Part shown: positions 9,882 to 20,491 of the stretch, piece by piece
How positions within the stretch are numbered: the first letter of the stretch is position 1
Layout of the letters: each line of letters starts with the position of its first letter
NCBI GenBank assembly: GCA_035299385.1
Contig: DATGWQ010000130.1
Location: 1,093-65,092 of the forward strand
DNA from: Bacteroidales bacterium
GTDB lineage: Bacteria > Bacteroidota > Bacteroidia > Bacteroidales > VadinHA17
Direction of reading: 5' to 3'
DNA: 64,000 nucleotides
Notes under the pieces: generated by a model
Database searches by the model: none
Seen by the model: the letters and a program-made list of their open reading frames with translations, nothing else
What the model was told of the DNA's origin: nothing
Position numbers and translations under genes: made by a program

Positions 9882-12413
9882 TTAGAACTGTTGACCTATG
9901 ACAAAATGGAATTGTGAATGATTAGCATTTTGATACCTTGCCGGATTCGGAACAGGATCGAAACCATAGCCCCAGTCTATGCCGAGGAGACCGAACATCG
10001 GAAGATTAGCCCTCAGGCCAATACCTGCTGAACGGTTCATCTTGAAAGGATTATACTCGTTCAGCTTGTACCATGCGCGTCCTGCTTCAAGGAAAGTAAG
10101 AGCGTAAATTGTTGCCTGCGGATTGAGCGAGATCGGGTACCTCAGCTCGAATGTGATCTTGGAATAAACATTTCCTGCCGGAGTATACCTATCCTTCACG
10201 GTGGGATCATCAGGAGTCAGAGATCCGTTTGTATAACCTCGCAGGGCAATTACTTCCCTTCCATAAAAACTGTAACCTGTCATACCATCACCTCCCAAAA
10301 AGAAGTTCTCAAACGGAGATGGTCCGATGTCTTTATTATAGTGCCCGAGGTAACCGAATGCAAATCTTGAATTCAGCACAAGCTTGTCGTTCCTTGATAT
10401 CGGGTAATAATAATCTGCCTTGAAGGTCCATTTGTGGAACTCTATCCAGTTATATTTTACATCAGGAGGAGCATCCTTCAGATTTTGGCCCGATATCAGA
10501 GAATAAGGAGGAGTTGCCTGGAGGGAGAGAGAGAATGATGATCCCGTTCTCGGGTAAATAAGGTTCGGTCCTGTTGAATATCTTGTAAGCCTGCCTGTAA
10601 GGCTAAGCAGGTTTGATTTTCCATCTTCAAACAGGAACTGCATCACATTATAGTTATTCAGGTCATACCGCTGGTAGCTGAGCTCACCCTGGAGTGAAAA
10701 CCAGTCATCGGGCCATGACAATCGTTTGCCGAGCCCGATTGAAGCTCCGTCTATTATCATGGACTCACGGCCGTCTTCATTTTTTCTCTTGCCGTTTGTC
10801 ATAAGTGACCTGTAGAATGAAACGGAGAAGCTGTTGGGCCTTTTTCCTCCGAGCCACGGTTCGACAAAAGAAATGTTGTATGATTGATAAACACGCCCGT
10901 TTGACTGGGCCCTGATGCTGAGGGACTGCCCGTCTCCTGACGGATATGGCCTCCATTCCTTCAGGTTGAAGAAGTTCCTCATTGCGAAATTGTTGAACCG
11001 CACGCCAACAGTTCCGACAAGCATGCCTGCTCCCCATCCGCCGGATACCTCGAACTGGTCATTTGCCTTTTCTTCAAGCTTGTACAGCAGGTCGACAGTA
11101 CCGTTTGTCATATCCGGAAGCGGCGTGGGATTGATCTTCTCCGGGTCAAAATGACCCAGGACTCCAAGCTGACGTATAGACCTTATTATTTTATCCTTGC
11201 TGAATAGATCCCCGGGCAGTGTGTAGAGCTCCCTTCGGGCTATCCTTTCATTAGTCCTTGTATTTCCCTCGATAAGGATATTGTTCAGGTAAGCCTGGTC
11301 GCCTTCGTATATTCTAACCTCAAGATCGACAGAATCCTTATCCACCTTTGCTTCAACCGGGGTCAGCCTTGAGAACAGGTAACCATGATCCTGGTACAGG
11401 TTGCTTACGGCATCCTGGTTACCGGCCGTTCCATTAAGCCTTTCATCAATAAGCGACTGGTTATAGACCGAACCCTTATCTATATTAAAGGCTCTTTCGA
11501 GTATTTCTTTGGAATACACACTGTTGCCGACAAAGTTGACGTTCCTCAGGAAATACTGGTTGCCTTCGCTCACCCTGATCTGCAAACCCACCCTGTCCTC
11601 TGATATGGTATAGAGTGAATCGGAGATGATTGTGAAATCCTTGAAACCGTTGTCATTGTAAAATTTCGCAAGCTTCTCACGGTCCTCCTTGTATTTTTCA
11701 TCTATATATTTCGATGCCCTGAAGAAATTCCAGTTCTTGACTTTCGTCCCCTTCATCTGCTTTCTCAGCTTGCTGTCGGGGAAATACTCGTTCCCTGCGA
11801 ATGTCAGCTCTCCGATCTTGACCTTTTCCTTCTTGTCTACATTGACTGCCAGGACCACATTGTTAGGCTGGTCGGGATCGTCCTTCTGAACAAAAGTGAC
11901 ATCGGTATTGAGGAAGCCCTTTTCTATAAAATGATCCTTTATGATCTTCTTTGCGGTATTGAGCAGGTAATCTGTCACCTGGGAACCAACAGGAAGATTG
12001 AGCTTTTTGACAAGATCGTCCGTTTCGGATTTTCTCATCCCGTTATACTTCACCGAGGATATCCTGGGACGTTCCTGCAGGGCAATATCGAGTAAGACTG
12101 TATCGCCTTTGTAGTCTGCAAATATTTTGACATCAGAGAAGAGTCCCTGCATCCACAACTTCTGTATTGCCGTTGTAACGGCCTCGCCCGGAATTGTTAT
12201 TTCCTGCCCTTTTTTCAACCCCGAAATGCTTATCAGGGCATTGGGGTCAAGGAACCTGACACCTGAGACCGACACTCCTCCGATAATGTAATCATCAGGT
12301 GTCATATAATCGACTATCTGCTGTGTTTCCTGGGCTTTAGCACACAGGTTCAGCAGCAATAGAAATGTCGCTGAAAAAATCCTAGTTACTGTTTTGATCC
12401 GCATTAAATTCAT
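9882..12413 (-). CDS. bamA: Outer membrane protein assembly factor BamA
   Basis: 843 aa. N-terminal POTRA-like repeats, a C-terminal beta-barrel ending in ...FVIGQQF, and the conserved uppS-bamA-skp context. Confidence 0.95.
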   Translation of the reverse strand: MNLMRIKTVTRIFSATFLLLLNLCAKAQETQQIVDYMTPDDYIIGGVSVSGVRFLDPNALISISGLKKGQEITIPGEAVTTAIQKLWMQGLFSDVKIFADYKGDTVLLDIALQERPRISSVKYNGMRKSETDDLVKKLNLPVGSQVTDYLLNTAKKIIKDHFIEKGFLNTDVTFVQKDDPDQPNNVVLAVNVDKKEKVKIGELTFAGNEYFPDSKLRKQMKGTKVKNWNFFRASKYIDEKYKEDREKLAKFYNDNGFKDFTIISDSLYTISEDRVGLQIRVSEGNQYFLRNVNFVGNSVYSKEILERAFNIDKGSVYNQSLIDERLNGTAGNQDAVSNLYQDHGYLFSRLTPVEAKVDKDSVDLEVRIYEGDQAYLNNILIEGNTRTNERIARRELYTLPGDLFSKDKIIRSIRQLGVLGHFDPEKINPTPLPDMTNGTVDLLYKLEEKANDQFEVSGGWGAGMLVGTVGVRFNNFAMRNFFNLKEWRPYPSGDGQSLSIRAQSNGRVYQSYNISFVEPWLGGKRPNSFSVSFYRSLMTNGKRKNEDGRESMIIDGASIGLGKRLSWPDDWFSLQGELSYQRYDLNNYNVMQFLFEDGKSNLLSLTGRLTRYSTGPNLIYPRTGSSFSLSLQATPPYSLISGQNLKDAPPDVKYNWIEFHKWTFKADYYYPISRNDKLVLNSRFAFGYLGHYNKDIGPSPFENFFLGGDGMTGYSFYGREVIALRGYTNGSLTPDDPTVKDRYTPAGNVYSKITFELRYPISLNPQATIYALTFLEAGRAWYKLNEYNPFKMNRSAGIGLRANLPMFGLLGIDWGYGFDPVPNPARYQNANHSQFHFVIGQQF

Positions 12414-13159
12414 TCTTTTTCCAAAACCTGTTCACTGGTTTTACCGAATCTCCTCTCTCTTTTCTGGTAGTCGATTATAGCTTCGTACAAGTCTTTCTTA
12501 CCAAAATCGGGCCAAAGTTTTTCAGTAAAATACAATTCTGTGTAGGCAAGCTGCCAGAGAAGGAAGTTGCTTATCCTCATCTCGCCGCTCGTCCTTATCA
12601 TTAATTCAGGGTCGGGAATGCCCGAAGTGCAAAGATATTCCCCGAATTTTTCTTCATTTATTTCATCAGGATTGATTTTTCCTGAATTGACATCGGTGTA
12701 TAGGCTACGCACCGCATCGATTATTTCCCATCTGGAGCTGTAGCTCAGAGCCACCACCAGGTTCAACCCGGTGCATCCTGATGTAAGTTTGATGGTTTCC
12801 TCAAGCCTTTCACGCACCTCATCTGAGAGCCTTTCGAAGTCGCCTATTATCTTCAGCCTGATATTGTTCTTAATGAGTGTGTCGGTCTCGTCATTAAGTG
12901 ATTGAACCATTATTCCCATGAGTGCAGCGACCTCATCGTCGGGACGTCCCCAGTTTTCCGTCGAAAATGCATATAGTGTGAGATAACCGATGCCCAGTTC
13001 AGCCGATGCCTCAATAACTTCGCGGAGGGCTTTCACTCCCTGCTGATGCCCGAATACCCGGTCGAGGCCCCTTTGCCGGGCCCACCTGCCATTCCCGTCC
13101 ATGATGATTGCAACATGTGCGGGCAGCTTCTCTTTATTTATACCGTTCTCCAAATTCAT
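12410..13159 (-). CDS. uppS: Isoprenyl transferase (undecaprenyl diphosphate synthase)
   Basis: Motifs HVAIIMDGNGRWA, FSTENWGRP and IRTSGEMRISNFLLWQLAYTELYF. Start trimmed to the internal Met (MNLENG...) because the 13231 extension overlaps the upstream gene. ATGA overlap with bamA. Confidence 0.93.
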   Translation of the reverse strand: MNLENGINKEKLPAHVAIIMDGNGRWARQRGLDRVFGHQQGVKALREVIEASAELGIGYLTLYAFSTENWGRPDDEVAALMGIMVQSLNDETDTLIKNNIRLKIIGDFERLSDEVRERLEETIKLTSGCTGLNLVVALSYSSRWEIIDAVRSLYTDVNSGKINPDEINEEKFGEYLCTSGIPDPELMIRTSGEMRISNFLLWQLAYTELYFTEKLWPDFGKKDLYEAIIDYQKRERRFGKTSEQVLEKE

Positions 13160-13167
13160 ATTCAGCG

Positions 13168-13839
13168 TTACCTGTTCGAATCTGCATCTCCATAGGCAGG
13201 GCAACCGGCGAGTTTGCTCATCAGCTTCCATGTTAACGAGATTCCCGCAAAGGAATACCAGTCGTTGTTGTGTATCAGTGAGTAATCAGCCGGGTCCACA
13301 AAATCTTTTAAGCCGTCAAAGTTATCATAAAAAGTTTTACGAAAACCATATTCAGCTTCCAATCCCATATTTTTCAGAATATTGAACTTAAATCCGATTG
13401 AAAAAGGGATAACAGGAAGCAGTTCATTTGTCACAGTCATGCTGTACGCCACTCCTGCGCCGGCAGCCAGGTAGGGCGTATAATCGAGTGTTTTACCATC
13501 GGTCGAATAAGGGAAGAAGTTGAATTCGTACTGGATTGCGAGCTCACCAAAAAGTCCGCTGAAAGACCTTGCACGTGATTGCTGGAAGCTGTTGCTGAAA
13601 TCAAGATCGTTGCCGTTCAGACCGCCTGCCATGATATTTGCCCGCAGAGCCTGCCTCGGGTTAAAATTAAACCGGTAGAAAAGTCCGCCTGCAGGCTTTG
13701 GCGAGTACATGAGCCTGCCGGGGTTGATATCCCCCATGTACGATGATATACCTGCCATGAAGCCATAATCGGCACGCGGCTGACCTTTGAGTGACAGTGA
13801 AAGAATTAAGAAGAAAACTGACCAGTTTAATCTTTTCAT
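13168..13839 (-). CDS. Putative outer-membrane beta-barrel protein (hypothetical)
   Basis: Signal peptide MKRLNWSVFFLILSLSLKGQ, then alternating aromatic/Gly-rich beta-strand pattern. Paralogous in style to the next gene. Start chosen at the internal Met. Confidence 0.6.
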   Translation of the reverse strand: MKRLNWSVFFLILSLSLKGQPRADYGFMAGISSYMGDINPGRLMYSPKPAGGLFYRFNFNPRQALRANIMAGGLNGNDLDFSNSFQQSRARSFSGLFGELAIQYEFNFFPYSTDGKTLDYTPYLAAGAGVAYSMTVTNELLPVIPFSIGFKFNILKNMGLEAEYGFRKTFYDNFDGLKDFVDPADYSLIHNNDWYSFAGISLTWKLMSKLAGCPAYGDADSNR

Positions 13840-13863
13840 TAACAAGTGATCCGGCTCAATCAA

Positions 13864-14631
13864 TTAAAAACGCCTGTTGTTAAAGATGACAGGCCATCCT
13901 TTCCTGTTGGTCCTCATCTTGTAAGTAACCGTGAAGTCCAGAAAATAATAAACGTCGTTTGAGCTGGAAAATTGTGAGGTATATCCGTCAATATAGTCAG
14001 AAAATGAATATCTTCCGCCTACTTCGACACCGAAGTCAAGATCGGCTGAATAAATAAGGTTTGCACCGACACCGATCGGGATTACAGGTGTAAACCCGCT
14101 TTTCTTCAGATTTTTGTTTTGAAGAAGATCGTTGCTATTTACAGAATAAGCAGCTCCTCCAAAACCAGTAAAAGTATAGACATCGATGGATGACATGATA
14201 CTTCTGAAAAGACGCTTACCCCTGGCAAACCGCCAGCTTGATTCATTCTTGTTCTTTATGAAGTAGAACTCCCCGATCAGGGCCGGTTCGAATATATTGA
14301 TTTTCGATTCATAGCTCCTGTTTTCATTTGATCCCCGCGTGTCTGTTGCTTTCAGCATGGCCTGGCTGAGGCTTAACCTGACATTAAGGTCGTTTGTCAG
14401 CCTGTACTTGAAGCTTGCATTCACATTATATCGTGTCTGAAGGAAGGTAAGGTCCTTGAAACCCAGGATATTTTCGCCATGGGAGAAACCACCGACGTCA
14501 CCGAAGAAAAAAGACGGACCAAAACCGGCAACTGCTTCGAATCTTCTTTGTCTCCACAGCTGCTGGGCGCCAAGCTGCATTTCACCGCAAAGAAACGACA
14601 GGATAAAAAATAACAGTACCGTTCGTTTCAT
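13864..14631 (-). CDS. Putative outer-membrane beta-barrel protein (hypothetical)
   Basis: 255 aa. Signal peptide, beta-strand-like alternation, C-terminal ...NNRRF (terminal Phe typical of OMPs). Confidence 0.6.
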   Translation of the reverse strand: MKRTVLLFFILSFLCGEMQLGAQQLWRQRRFEAVAGFGPSFFFGDVGGFSHGENILGFKDLTFLQTRYNVNASFKYRLTNDLNVRLSLSQAMLKATDTRGSNENRSYESKINIFEPALIGEFYFIKNKNESSWRFARGKRLFRSIMSSIDVYTFTGFGGAAYSVNSNDLLQNKNLKKSGFTPVIPIGVGANLIYSADLDFGVEVGGRYSFSDYIDGYTSQFSSSNDVYYFLDFTVTYKMRTNRKGWPVIFNNRRF

Positions 14632-14694
14632 CAGTTTATGTGTTAGGTTAGCTGACTAAAAATATCAGATTATCAGTACAAATATAAAAATAAA

Positions 14695-15570
14695 TCAATT
14701 CCTGCTATCGGCTCCCCACATAAGTTTATTTCTCAGGGTACTGTAGAAATCCCTGCTTCTCATCATCACTGTTTTTATCTTTTCATGAGACCGTACAATG
14801 TGCACTTCCTCCCCGAAAGGCACTTTCCTTGAGCGAAAATCGACAGTGGCCATATATTCGAGGCTTCTTCCTTCCACTATCATCTTCAGCTTGCTTTCAC
14901 CTGATATCACGATCGGACGAATTGTCAGGTTATGAGGCGCTATAGGCGAGATAATTATGCTTTCATCCTCGGGTGTGAGTATGGGCCCGCCGGCGCTCAA
15001 GTTGTATGCTGTTGATCCTGTCGCAGTGGAGATGATCAATCCGTCGGACCAGTATGTATTAAGGTAGGCTTCATTTACATAAACACTTATTGTTATCATG
15101 CTGAGGTCTGACTTCTGTATCGTAATCTCATTCAAGGCAAGGGAATTGTTGCCCTCGAAAAGGTTTGAAGGCCTTTCAAGCTTCAGGAGGCAGCGCTCTA
15201 TGATGTCGTATTCATTGTGGCTGAGCATGTCGAGGGATTTGCCTATCTCGTCGGCATAAATATTTGCAAGGAAGCCCATTCTCCCTGTATTGATCCCGGC
15301 TATAGGTATGCCTGAATCCTTCACCTTTATGATCGTTTCAAGGAAAGTTCCGTCGCCTCCGACACTGAAAACGAAGTCAGGCTTTGTGCCCAACCCTTCA
15401 AGATCCTGAAAATACTCTATCGGTGCATCGGGGCTGGAATGGAAATCATTGCTCCGCTTCTGCATGAAAATTTTAACACCCCTCAGGTTAAGCTCATCGG
15501 TAAGCCTGCCTACGCCTGCCCTTGTTTTTGAAGTGTTGTCCTTGCTGAAAATAGCAACAGAATTCAGCAT
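14695..15570 (-). CDS. nadK: NAD kinase
   Basis: 291 aa. Motifs GGDGTFL, NTGRMGFL, TGSTAYNLSAGGPI. Confidence 0.92.
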   Translation of the reverse strand: MLNSVAIFSKDNTSKTRAGVGRLTDELNLRGVKIFMQKRSNDFHSSPDAPIEYFQDLEGLGTKPDFVFSVGGDGTFLETIIKVKDSGIPIAGINTGRMGFLANIYADEIGKSLDMLSHNEYDIIERCLLKLERPSNLFEGNNSLALNEITIQKSDLSMITISVYVNEAYLNTYWSDGLIISTATGSTAYNLSAGGPILTPEDESIIISPIAPHNLTIRPIVISGESKLKMIVEGRSLEYMATVDFRSRKVPFGEEVHIVRSHEKIKTVMMRSRDFYSTLRNKLMWGADSRN

Positions 15571-15574
15571 TATG

Positions 15575-16240
15575 TCAGATATTAAGGTATTTCATCAGGA
15601 GATCGAATCTCTCTGAATACAGGGAATCCATTGAATCGTTTGTGGAAACCCAGGTTTTTACTTCATAGTTGTAGCGTTCGAATGTCCTCATCACCGAGGT
15701 CAGATCGGTCGTATTGACCTTCAGGGTCACCTCGAGCTTGGTTGAATCAGGCGGTGATGTTATGTACATGCTCACAATCTTGATACTGTTACTCTCGACA
15801 ATCTGGGCGATCTGTGTAAGAGAGTAATCACGCTCCAGAAGCTCAAGAACAATGATTCCGCCAGGCTGATCCATCGATGAGATGCCCGCAATGTGCCTGA
15901 TGAGATCGTTTGTCGTTATCACACCGAGAAAACGGTTCTTGTTGTCGAGCACCGGCACAACTGACAGCTTCATGCGCGATGCCAGCCCGATAACCTCAAA
16001 GATATGCTGATCCTCCCTGACAAAAGGTTTCATGAGAGTAAGCTCATGATTACCTATTGGTTCACTGGCCTGGTTCATATCATATATGTCGGCATCGGAG
16101 ATCAAACCGAGAAAATCCTGGTTGTTTACAATAGGGAGATGAGATATCCTGAAGATCTCCATCCAGTTCAGGGCTGTCTGGCCGAGATCGGAGGTTTTCA
16201 GAGCAGGAATTACTTCAGATATCAAATCTTTTGCAACCAT
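15575..16240 (-). CDS. CBS domain-containing protein
   Basis: 221 aa. Tandem CBS-pair pattern (LPIVNN..FLGLISD.DI and VPVLDN..RFLGVITTNDL) followed by a small C-terminal domain. Confidence 0.8.
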   Translation of the reverse strand: MVAKDLISEVIPALKTSDLGQTALNWMEIFRISHLPIVNNQDFLGLISDADIYDMNQASEPIGNHELTLMKPFVREDQHIFEVIGLASRMKLSVVPVLDNKNRFLGVITTNDLIRHIAGISSMDQPGGIIVLELLERDYSLTQIAQIVESNSIKIVSMYITSPPDSTKLEVTLKVNTTDLTSVMRTFERYNYEVKTWVSTNDSMDSLYSERFDLLMKYLNI

Positions 16241-16324
16241 AATTCATTTTCTTACAACTAATATAACAAAAAAAATACCGTTATTGTAATTTTGCCGTCA
16301 ATTAAGAAAACATTAACACTCCCG

Positions 16325-17038
16325 ATGACCAAATTAAGTGTAAACATCAATAAAATAGCCACATTGAGGAATGCAAGAGGAGGAAATATGCCAAATGTCC
16401 TCAATGCAGCCATTAACTGCCAGCTTTTCGGAGCTGACGGGATTACCGTTCACCCGCGTCCGGATGAGCGTCATATAAGATATTCAGACGTGATGGAAAT
16501 CAAGCCTGTTATCACTACTGAATTCAATATTGAAGGCTACCCGGCCGACAAGTTCATCGCGCTTGTTCTTGCGGTGAAGCCCGACCAGGTAACACTTGTC
16601 CCGGATGCTCATGATGCCATAACATCAAATGCAGGCTGGAACATAATGAAAAACAAATCTTTTCTGACCGATGTAGTCTCGGTTTTTAAAAAACATGGCA
16701 TAAGGACATCTCTTTTCGTCGACACCGATCCTGTCAATGTTGAAAATGCGGCTCTCACAGGCACTGACAGGGTGGAACTGTATACGGAACCTTATGCAGC
16801 CAGGTTCAGCGATAATGCACCGGAAGCTGTTTCGCCATTTTCCAGGGCTGCCGAAATAGCACATAATTCAGGCATGGGCGTAAATGCAGGTCACGACCTC
16901 AGCCTTGATAACCTGCACTATTTTTATCAGAATGTGCAGTGGCTGGAGGAAGTGTCCATAGGCCATGCGCTGATCTCGGATGCGCTTTATCTTGGTCTCG
17001 AGAATACAATACAGATGTACAAAAGACAATTAAAGTGA
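16325..17038 (+). CDS. pdxJ: Pyridoxine 5'-phosphate synthase
   Basis: [28 protein letters not shown] and SIGHALI motifs. Start moved to the ATG at 16325, since the track start at 16292 is TTG. Confidence 0.93.
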   Translation: MTKLSVNINKIATLRNARGGNMPNVLNAAINCQLFGADGITVHPRPDERHIRYSDVMEIKPVITTEFNIEGYPADKFIALVLAVKPDQVTLVPDAHDAITSNAGWNIMKNKSFLTDVVSVFKKHGIRTSLFVDTDPVNVENAALTGTDRVELYTEPYAARFSDNAPEAVSPFSRAAEIAHNSGMGVNAGHDLSLDNLHYFYQNVQWLEEVSIGHALISDALYLGLENTIQMYKRQLK

Positions 17039-17039
17039 A

Positions 17040-17834
17040 TTGAAGCTTTTTTACAGGAAATATGGCCAGGGACCCTTACTGTTCATATTACACGGGCTGT
17101 TCGGATCATCCGATAACTGGGTAACTATCGCCAAAAGGCTTTCCGACACATTTACCGTCATAGTGCCGGACCAGAGGAATCACGGGCAGTCACCTCACTC
17201 GGATGTTCATGATTATGAGGCAATGCGGGAGGATCTTTTTGAGCTTGCGGAGGACCTGTCTGCAGAGAGGTTCTTTCTTGCCGGTCACAGCATGGGCGGC
17301 AAGACAGCGATTTCATTCGCTCTTAAATGGCCTGAAATGCTCAACGGGTTGCTTGTTGCCGATATCTCACCATTCAAGGGAGACGACCCTGCCAGGACAG
17401 AGTATAATCAACATCTGAAGATCCTGGAAGCGATGATGTCCCTCGACCTGGATTCACTGAAGTCGAGACAGGAAGCCGACAAAGAACTTGAGAAAGCAGG
17501 CTTGCCTCCGCATGTGCGTGGTTTTGCACTCAAGAACCTTGAAAGGATTCACGGGAACAGGTTCGAATGGAAGCTTAACGCCCCGGCACTTTTAAAAAAC
17601 CTGGATAAAATAATGAAGCCCGTCAGCAGGGATATGGCCTATTCCTACCAGGTTACCGGATTCCCGGTGATCTTTCTGAAAGGTGAAAATTCTGCATACC
17701 TGCCGGAGGAAGATTATGCCGACATAAAAAAGATATTTCCTGCAGCCGAGTTTGTGGAAATCAAAAATGCCGGGCACTGGGTACATGCGGACAACCCGGA
17801 GGAAATAATAAAAAATATAAGAAAATTGATTTAA
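17040..17834 (+). CDS. Alpha/beta hydrolase (YbfF-like esterase)
   Basis: 264 aa. HGLFGSSDNW, nucleophile elbow GHSMGG, C-terminal GHWVH. TTG start. Confidence 0.85.
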   Translation: MKLFYRKYGQGPLLFILHGLFGSSDNWVTIAKRLSDTFTVIVPDQRNHGQSPHSDVHDYEAMREDLFELAEDLSAERFFLAGHSMGGKTAISFALKWPEMLNGLLVADISPFKGDDPARTEYNQHLKILEAMMSLDLDSLKSRQEADKELEKAGLPPHVRGFALKNLERIHGNRFEWKLNAPALLKNLDKIMKPVSRDMAYSYQVTGFPVIFLKGENSAYLPEEDYADIKKIFPAAEFVEIKNAGHWVHADNPEEIIKNIRKLI

Positions 17835-17844
17835 TCACCTGTTC

Positions 17845-17943
17845 TGCCCCTCTGAATCCCCCCAAATGGGGGGACTTGATTTCAAACATGACCAATTTGT
17901 TATTGCCCCTCTAAATCCCCCCAAATGGCGGGACTTTGGTTTC
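17845..17943. repeat. Twin ~40-nt direct repeat, each copy carrying a C6/G6 hairpin
   Basis: Copy 1 (17845-17883) tgcccctctgaatccccccaaatggggggacttgatttc. Copy 2 (17904-17943) tgcccctctaaatccccccaaatggcgggactttggtttc. Lies between convergent genes. Confidence 0.85.
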
Positions 17944-18041
17944 GTAACGTGATCAGCTTAATTCCATTAGAGAATTTTTTTCCCTTCAGGGGGAAGTGCG
18001 TTGGCCTGTGCAGATGGCAAAAGGAGGCCGGGAGGGGCACT

Positions 18042-18764
18042 TTATTCAAACGTCACCGATTCGATCCTGTCCTCCGTTATCTGCGGCAGGTTCATAAAGC
18101 GCAGGAGCACCTGGGCGATCGCTATGACGTCCTTTTCACAATAGCGGACAATCCTTTGCAGGTCATTCTCCTTATAATATATGCCTGCCACCATGCTGCC
18201 GTCGATATCATCCTTGGGTGTGGGAATGCCAAGCACGGATGTGAGGAGCTCAAGTGAGGTGAAATTCTTATAATCTCCGAATTTCCAGAGATCCATTGTA
18301 TCGAGAAGCTTCACATCCCACGGCTTCTTGCCTGAATTATCAAGAAGCTCGGGTATGACAACACCGTTGATAACCATCCTCCTGGAAATATAAGGGAAAT
18401 CGAATTCCCTGCCGTTATGTGCACACAATATGGCATTGCTGTGAAGCTTGCAGAATTTCACGATCAGGTCGGAAAAATCCAGAAGAAGTGCCTTTTCATC
18501 ATTGCTGTAAAATGACTTCAGGCGGATAAAGCTTCCTTCACCAACCTTGACAATACCCACTGAAATGCAGATAATCTTTCCGAATTCGGAGTAGATACCT
18601 GCCCTTTGGTATACTTCTTCCGCGCTCTGAGCTTCCTCCCTGAAATGCTTTGACTTTTTATCCCAGAGGGTCCGGAACACCGGGTCGAGTTTTTCAAATG
18701 ATTCAGCTGCGGGGACAGTTTCGATATCCAGGAAAAGGACATCTTCGGGGTTTACATTAACCAT
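18042..18764 (-). CDS. 3'-5' exonuclease, RNase H-like fold (PolB-exonuclease-like)
   Basis: 240 aa. Exo motifs FLDIETV, CAHNGREFDFPY and YCEKDV. Confidence 0.75.
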   Translation of the reverse strand: MVNVNPEDVLFLDIETVPAAESFEKLDPVFRTLWDKKSKHFREEAQSAEEVYQRAGIYSEFGKIICISVGIVKVGEGSFIRLKSFYSNDEKALLLDFSDLIVKFCKLHSNAILCAHNGREFDFPYISRRMVINGVVIPELLDNSGKKPWDVKLLDTMDLWKFGDYKNFTSLELLTSVLGIPTPKDDIDGSMVAGIYYKENDLQRIVRYCEKDVIAIAQVLLRFMNLPQITEDRIESVTFE

Positions 18765-18775
18765 ATTCAGTGAAT

Positions 18776-19399
18776 TTAATCTTTCCTTCTTTTCTGCAAA
18801 TGCTTCTCAATTATTGAAACCAGCACTTCGATTCCGACCTGGTTCTCTCCTCCTCCGGGTATAATAATATCGGCATAACGCTTTGAAGGCTCGATGAACT
18901 GCAGGTGAGATGGCTTTACTGTATCGTGATACCTTTCAAGCACTTTCAGCACGGAACGGCCCCTTTCGATTATATCACGCTGTATCACCCGCCCGAGCCT
19001 GTCATCAGCATCAGCATCGACAAAAACTTTAATATCCATTATTTTGCGCAAAGCTTCATCGGTGAGAATAAGGATACCTTCGACAAGTACGACCCTTGCC
19101 GGCTTCACCGGAACAGTCTCCTTCGCCCTGATGCATGTAAGGTATGAATAAACCGGCATTTCGATGCTTTTCCCTTCCCTGAGTAGTTTAAGATGCTCGA
19201 TCAGCAGCTCGAACTCAACCGATGCCGGGTGGTCGAAATTGATCTTCTGCCGCTCTTCGAGAGGAATCGAACTATTGTCGCGGTAATAAGCATCCTGCGG
19301 GATGATTATCACTTCACCGTTTGGAAATACCTTCATCAGCTTCTTAACCACAGTTGTCTTTCCTGAGCCTGTTCCGCCCGCAATTCCTACTATCAGCAT
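18776..19399 (-). CDS. udk: Uridine kinase
   Basis: 207 aa. P-loop GIAGGTGSGKTT plus FDHP and EGIL motifs. Confidence 0.95.
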   Translation of the reverse strand: MLIVGIAGGTGSGKTTVVKKLMKVFPNGEVIIIPQDAYYRDNSSIPLEERQKINFDHPASVEFELLIEHLKLLREGKSIEMPVYSYLTCIRAKETVPVKPARVVLVEGILILTDEALRKIMDIKVFVDADADDRLGRVIQRDIIERGRSVLKVLERYHDTVKPSHLQFIEPSKRYADIIIPGGGENQVGIEVLVSIIEKHLQKRRKD

Positions 19400-19495
19400 A
19401 AATTCCTATTTTTGCATTCAGTTACGACTTCAAAAATAGTAATTTGCACAGATGTTAAAAATCTGATCAGTTTTCAAATTCTTAGATTCATCGAT

Positions 19496-20488
19496 ATGTC
19501 AGACCTGTACCCGTTGAAATTTGAACCTGTCCTCAAGGAAAAAATCTGGGGAGGACGTGCACTGGCGGAACATTATAACAAAAAGGCAGGCATGGATAGG
19601 GCATTAGGTGAAAGCTGGGAGATCTCGGCAGTTACGGGCGACATCTCTGTTGTAACCAACGGCTTTCTTGCCGGCAACAGCCTCGAGGAGCTTATCGAAG
19701 TGTACATGGGTGACATAACGGGCGATTCTGTTTACGAGAAATTCGGGAACGAGTTCCCGTTGCTGATTAAGTTCATTGAAGCCGGTCAGGATCTGTCAGT
19801 CCAGGTTCACCCGGGGAATGAAATTGCACGGAAAAAGCATAATGCATACGGAAAAACAGAGATGTGGTACATCCTTGAAAGCAAAAAAGGTGCATTGATC
19901 TATACAGGCTTCCGCGAGGGTGTCACAAAAGAAATGTACCAGAAAGCTGTAGAGGACGGCACGATAGCAGAATTCCTGAATGCCGAAGAGGCAGAACCCG
20001 GAGATGTGTTCTTTACCCCGGCAGGCAGGGTACATGCAATAGGAAAAGGAATCGTTCTTGTTGAGATACAGCAGACCTCCGATATAACTTACAGGATCTT
20101 TGACTGGAACAGGAAAGGCGCCCAGAAGAGGGAACTGCATACGGAGCTCGCTCTTGAAGTCATCGATTTCAGCCAGGAAGGTAAAAATAAGGTCAGAATT
20201 GAACCTGAAACAAACAGGATTTCCGGCATGGTCAGCTGTGAATTCTTTAACACTGACATTCTTAAATTTGACACGCCACTGAGAAGGGAATATTACCTGA
20301 GGGATTCCTTTGTAATTTACATCTGCACCGAAGGAGCCTTCAAATTAAAATGGGAAGGGAAAGAAGACAGGGTTATCAAGGGTGACACAATCCTTCTGCC
20401 GGCAATGATAAAAGAGGTTATCCTCGAGCCTGAACTCTCTGCAACAATTCTTGAGGTATATATAGATGAAGAAACCAAATATATCTGA
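19496..20488 (+). CDS. manA: Mannose-6-phosphate isomerase, type I
   Basis: YPLKFEPVLKEKIWGG, SVQVHPGN, KTEMWYILE and GRVHAIG motifs. Start moved to the internal Met (MSDLYPLKF). Confidence 0.85.
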   Translation: MSDLYPLKFEPVLKEKIWGGRALAEHYNKKAGMDRALGESWEISAVTGDISVVTNGFLAGNSLEELIEVYMGDITGDSVYEKFGNEFPLLIKFIEAGQDLSVQVHPGNEIARKKHNAYGKTEMWYILESKKGALIYTGFREGVTKEMYQKAVEDGTIAEFLNAEEAEPGDVFFTPAGRVHAIGKGIVLVEIQQTSDITYRIFDWNRKGAQKRELHTELALEVIDFSQEGKNKVRIEPETNRISGMVSCEFFNTDILKFDTPLRREYYLRDSFVIYICTEGAFKLKWEGKEDRVIKGDTILLPAMIKEVILEPELSATILEVYIDEETKYI

Positions 20489-20491
20489 ACG

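Noticed and set aside
12410-13231. Extended 273-aa version of uppS starting at 13231
   Set aside because: The extra N-terminal 24 aa (MEADEQTRRLPCLWRCRFEQVTLN) overlap the 3' end of the upstream gene and do not look like UppS. The internal Met at 13159 gives the canonical N-terminus.
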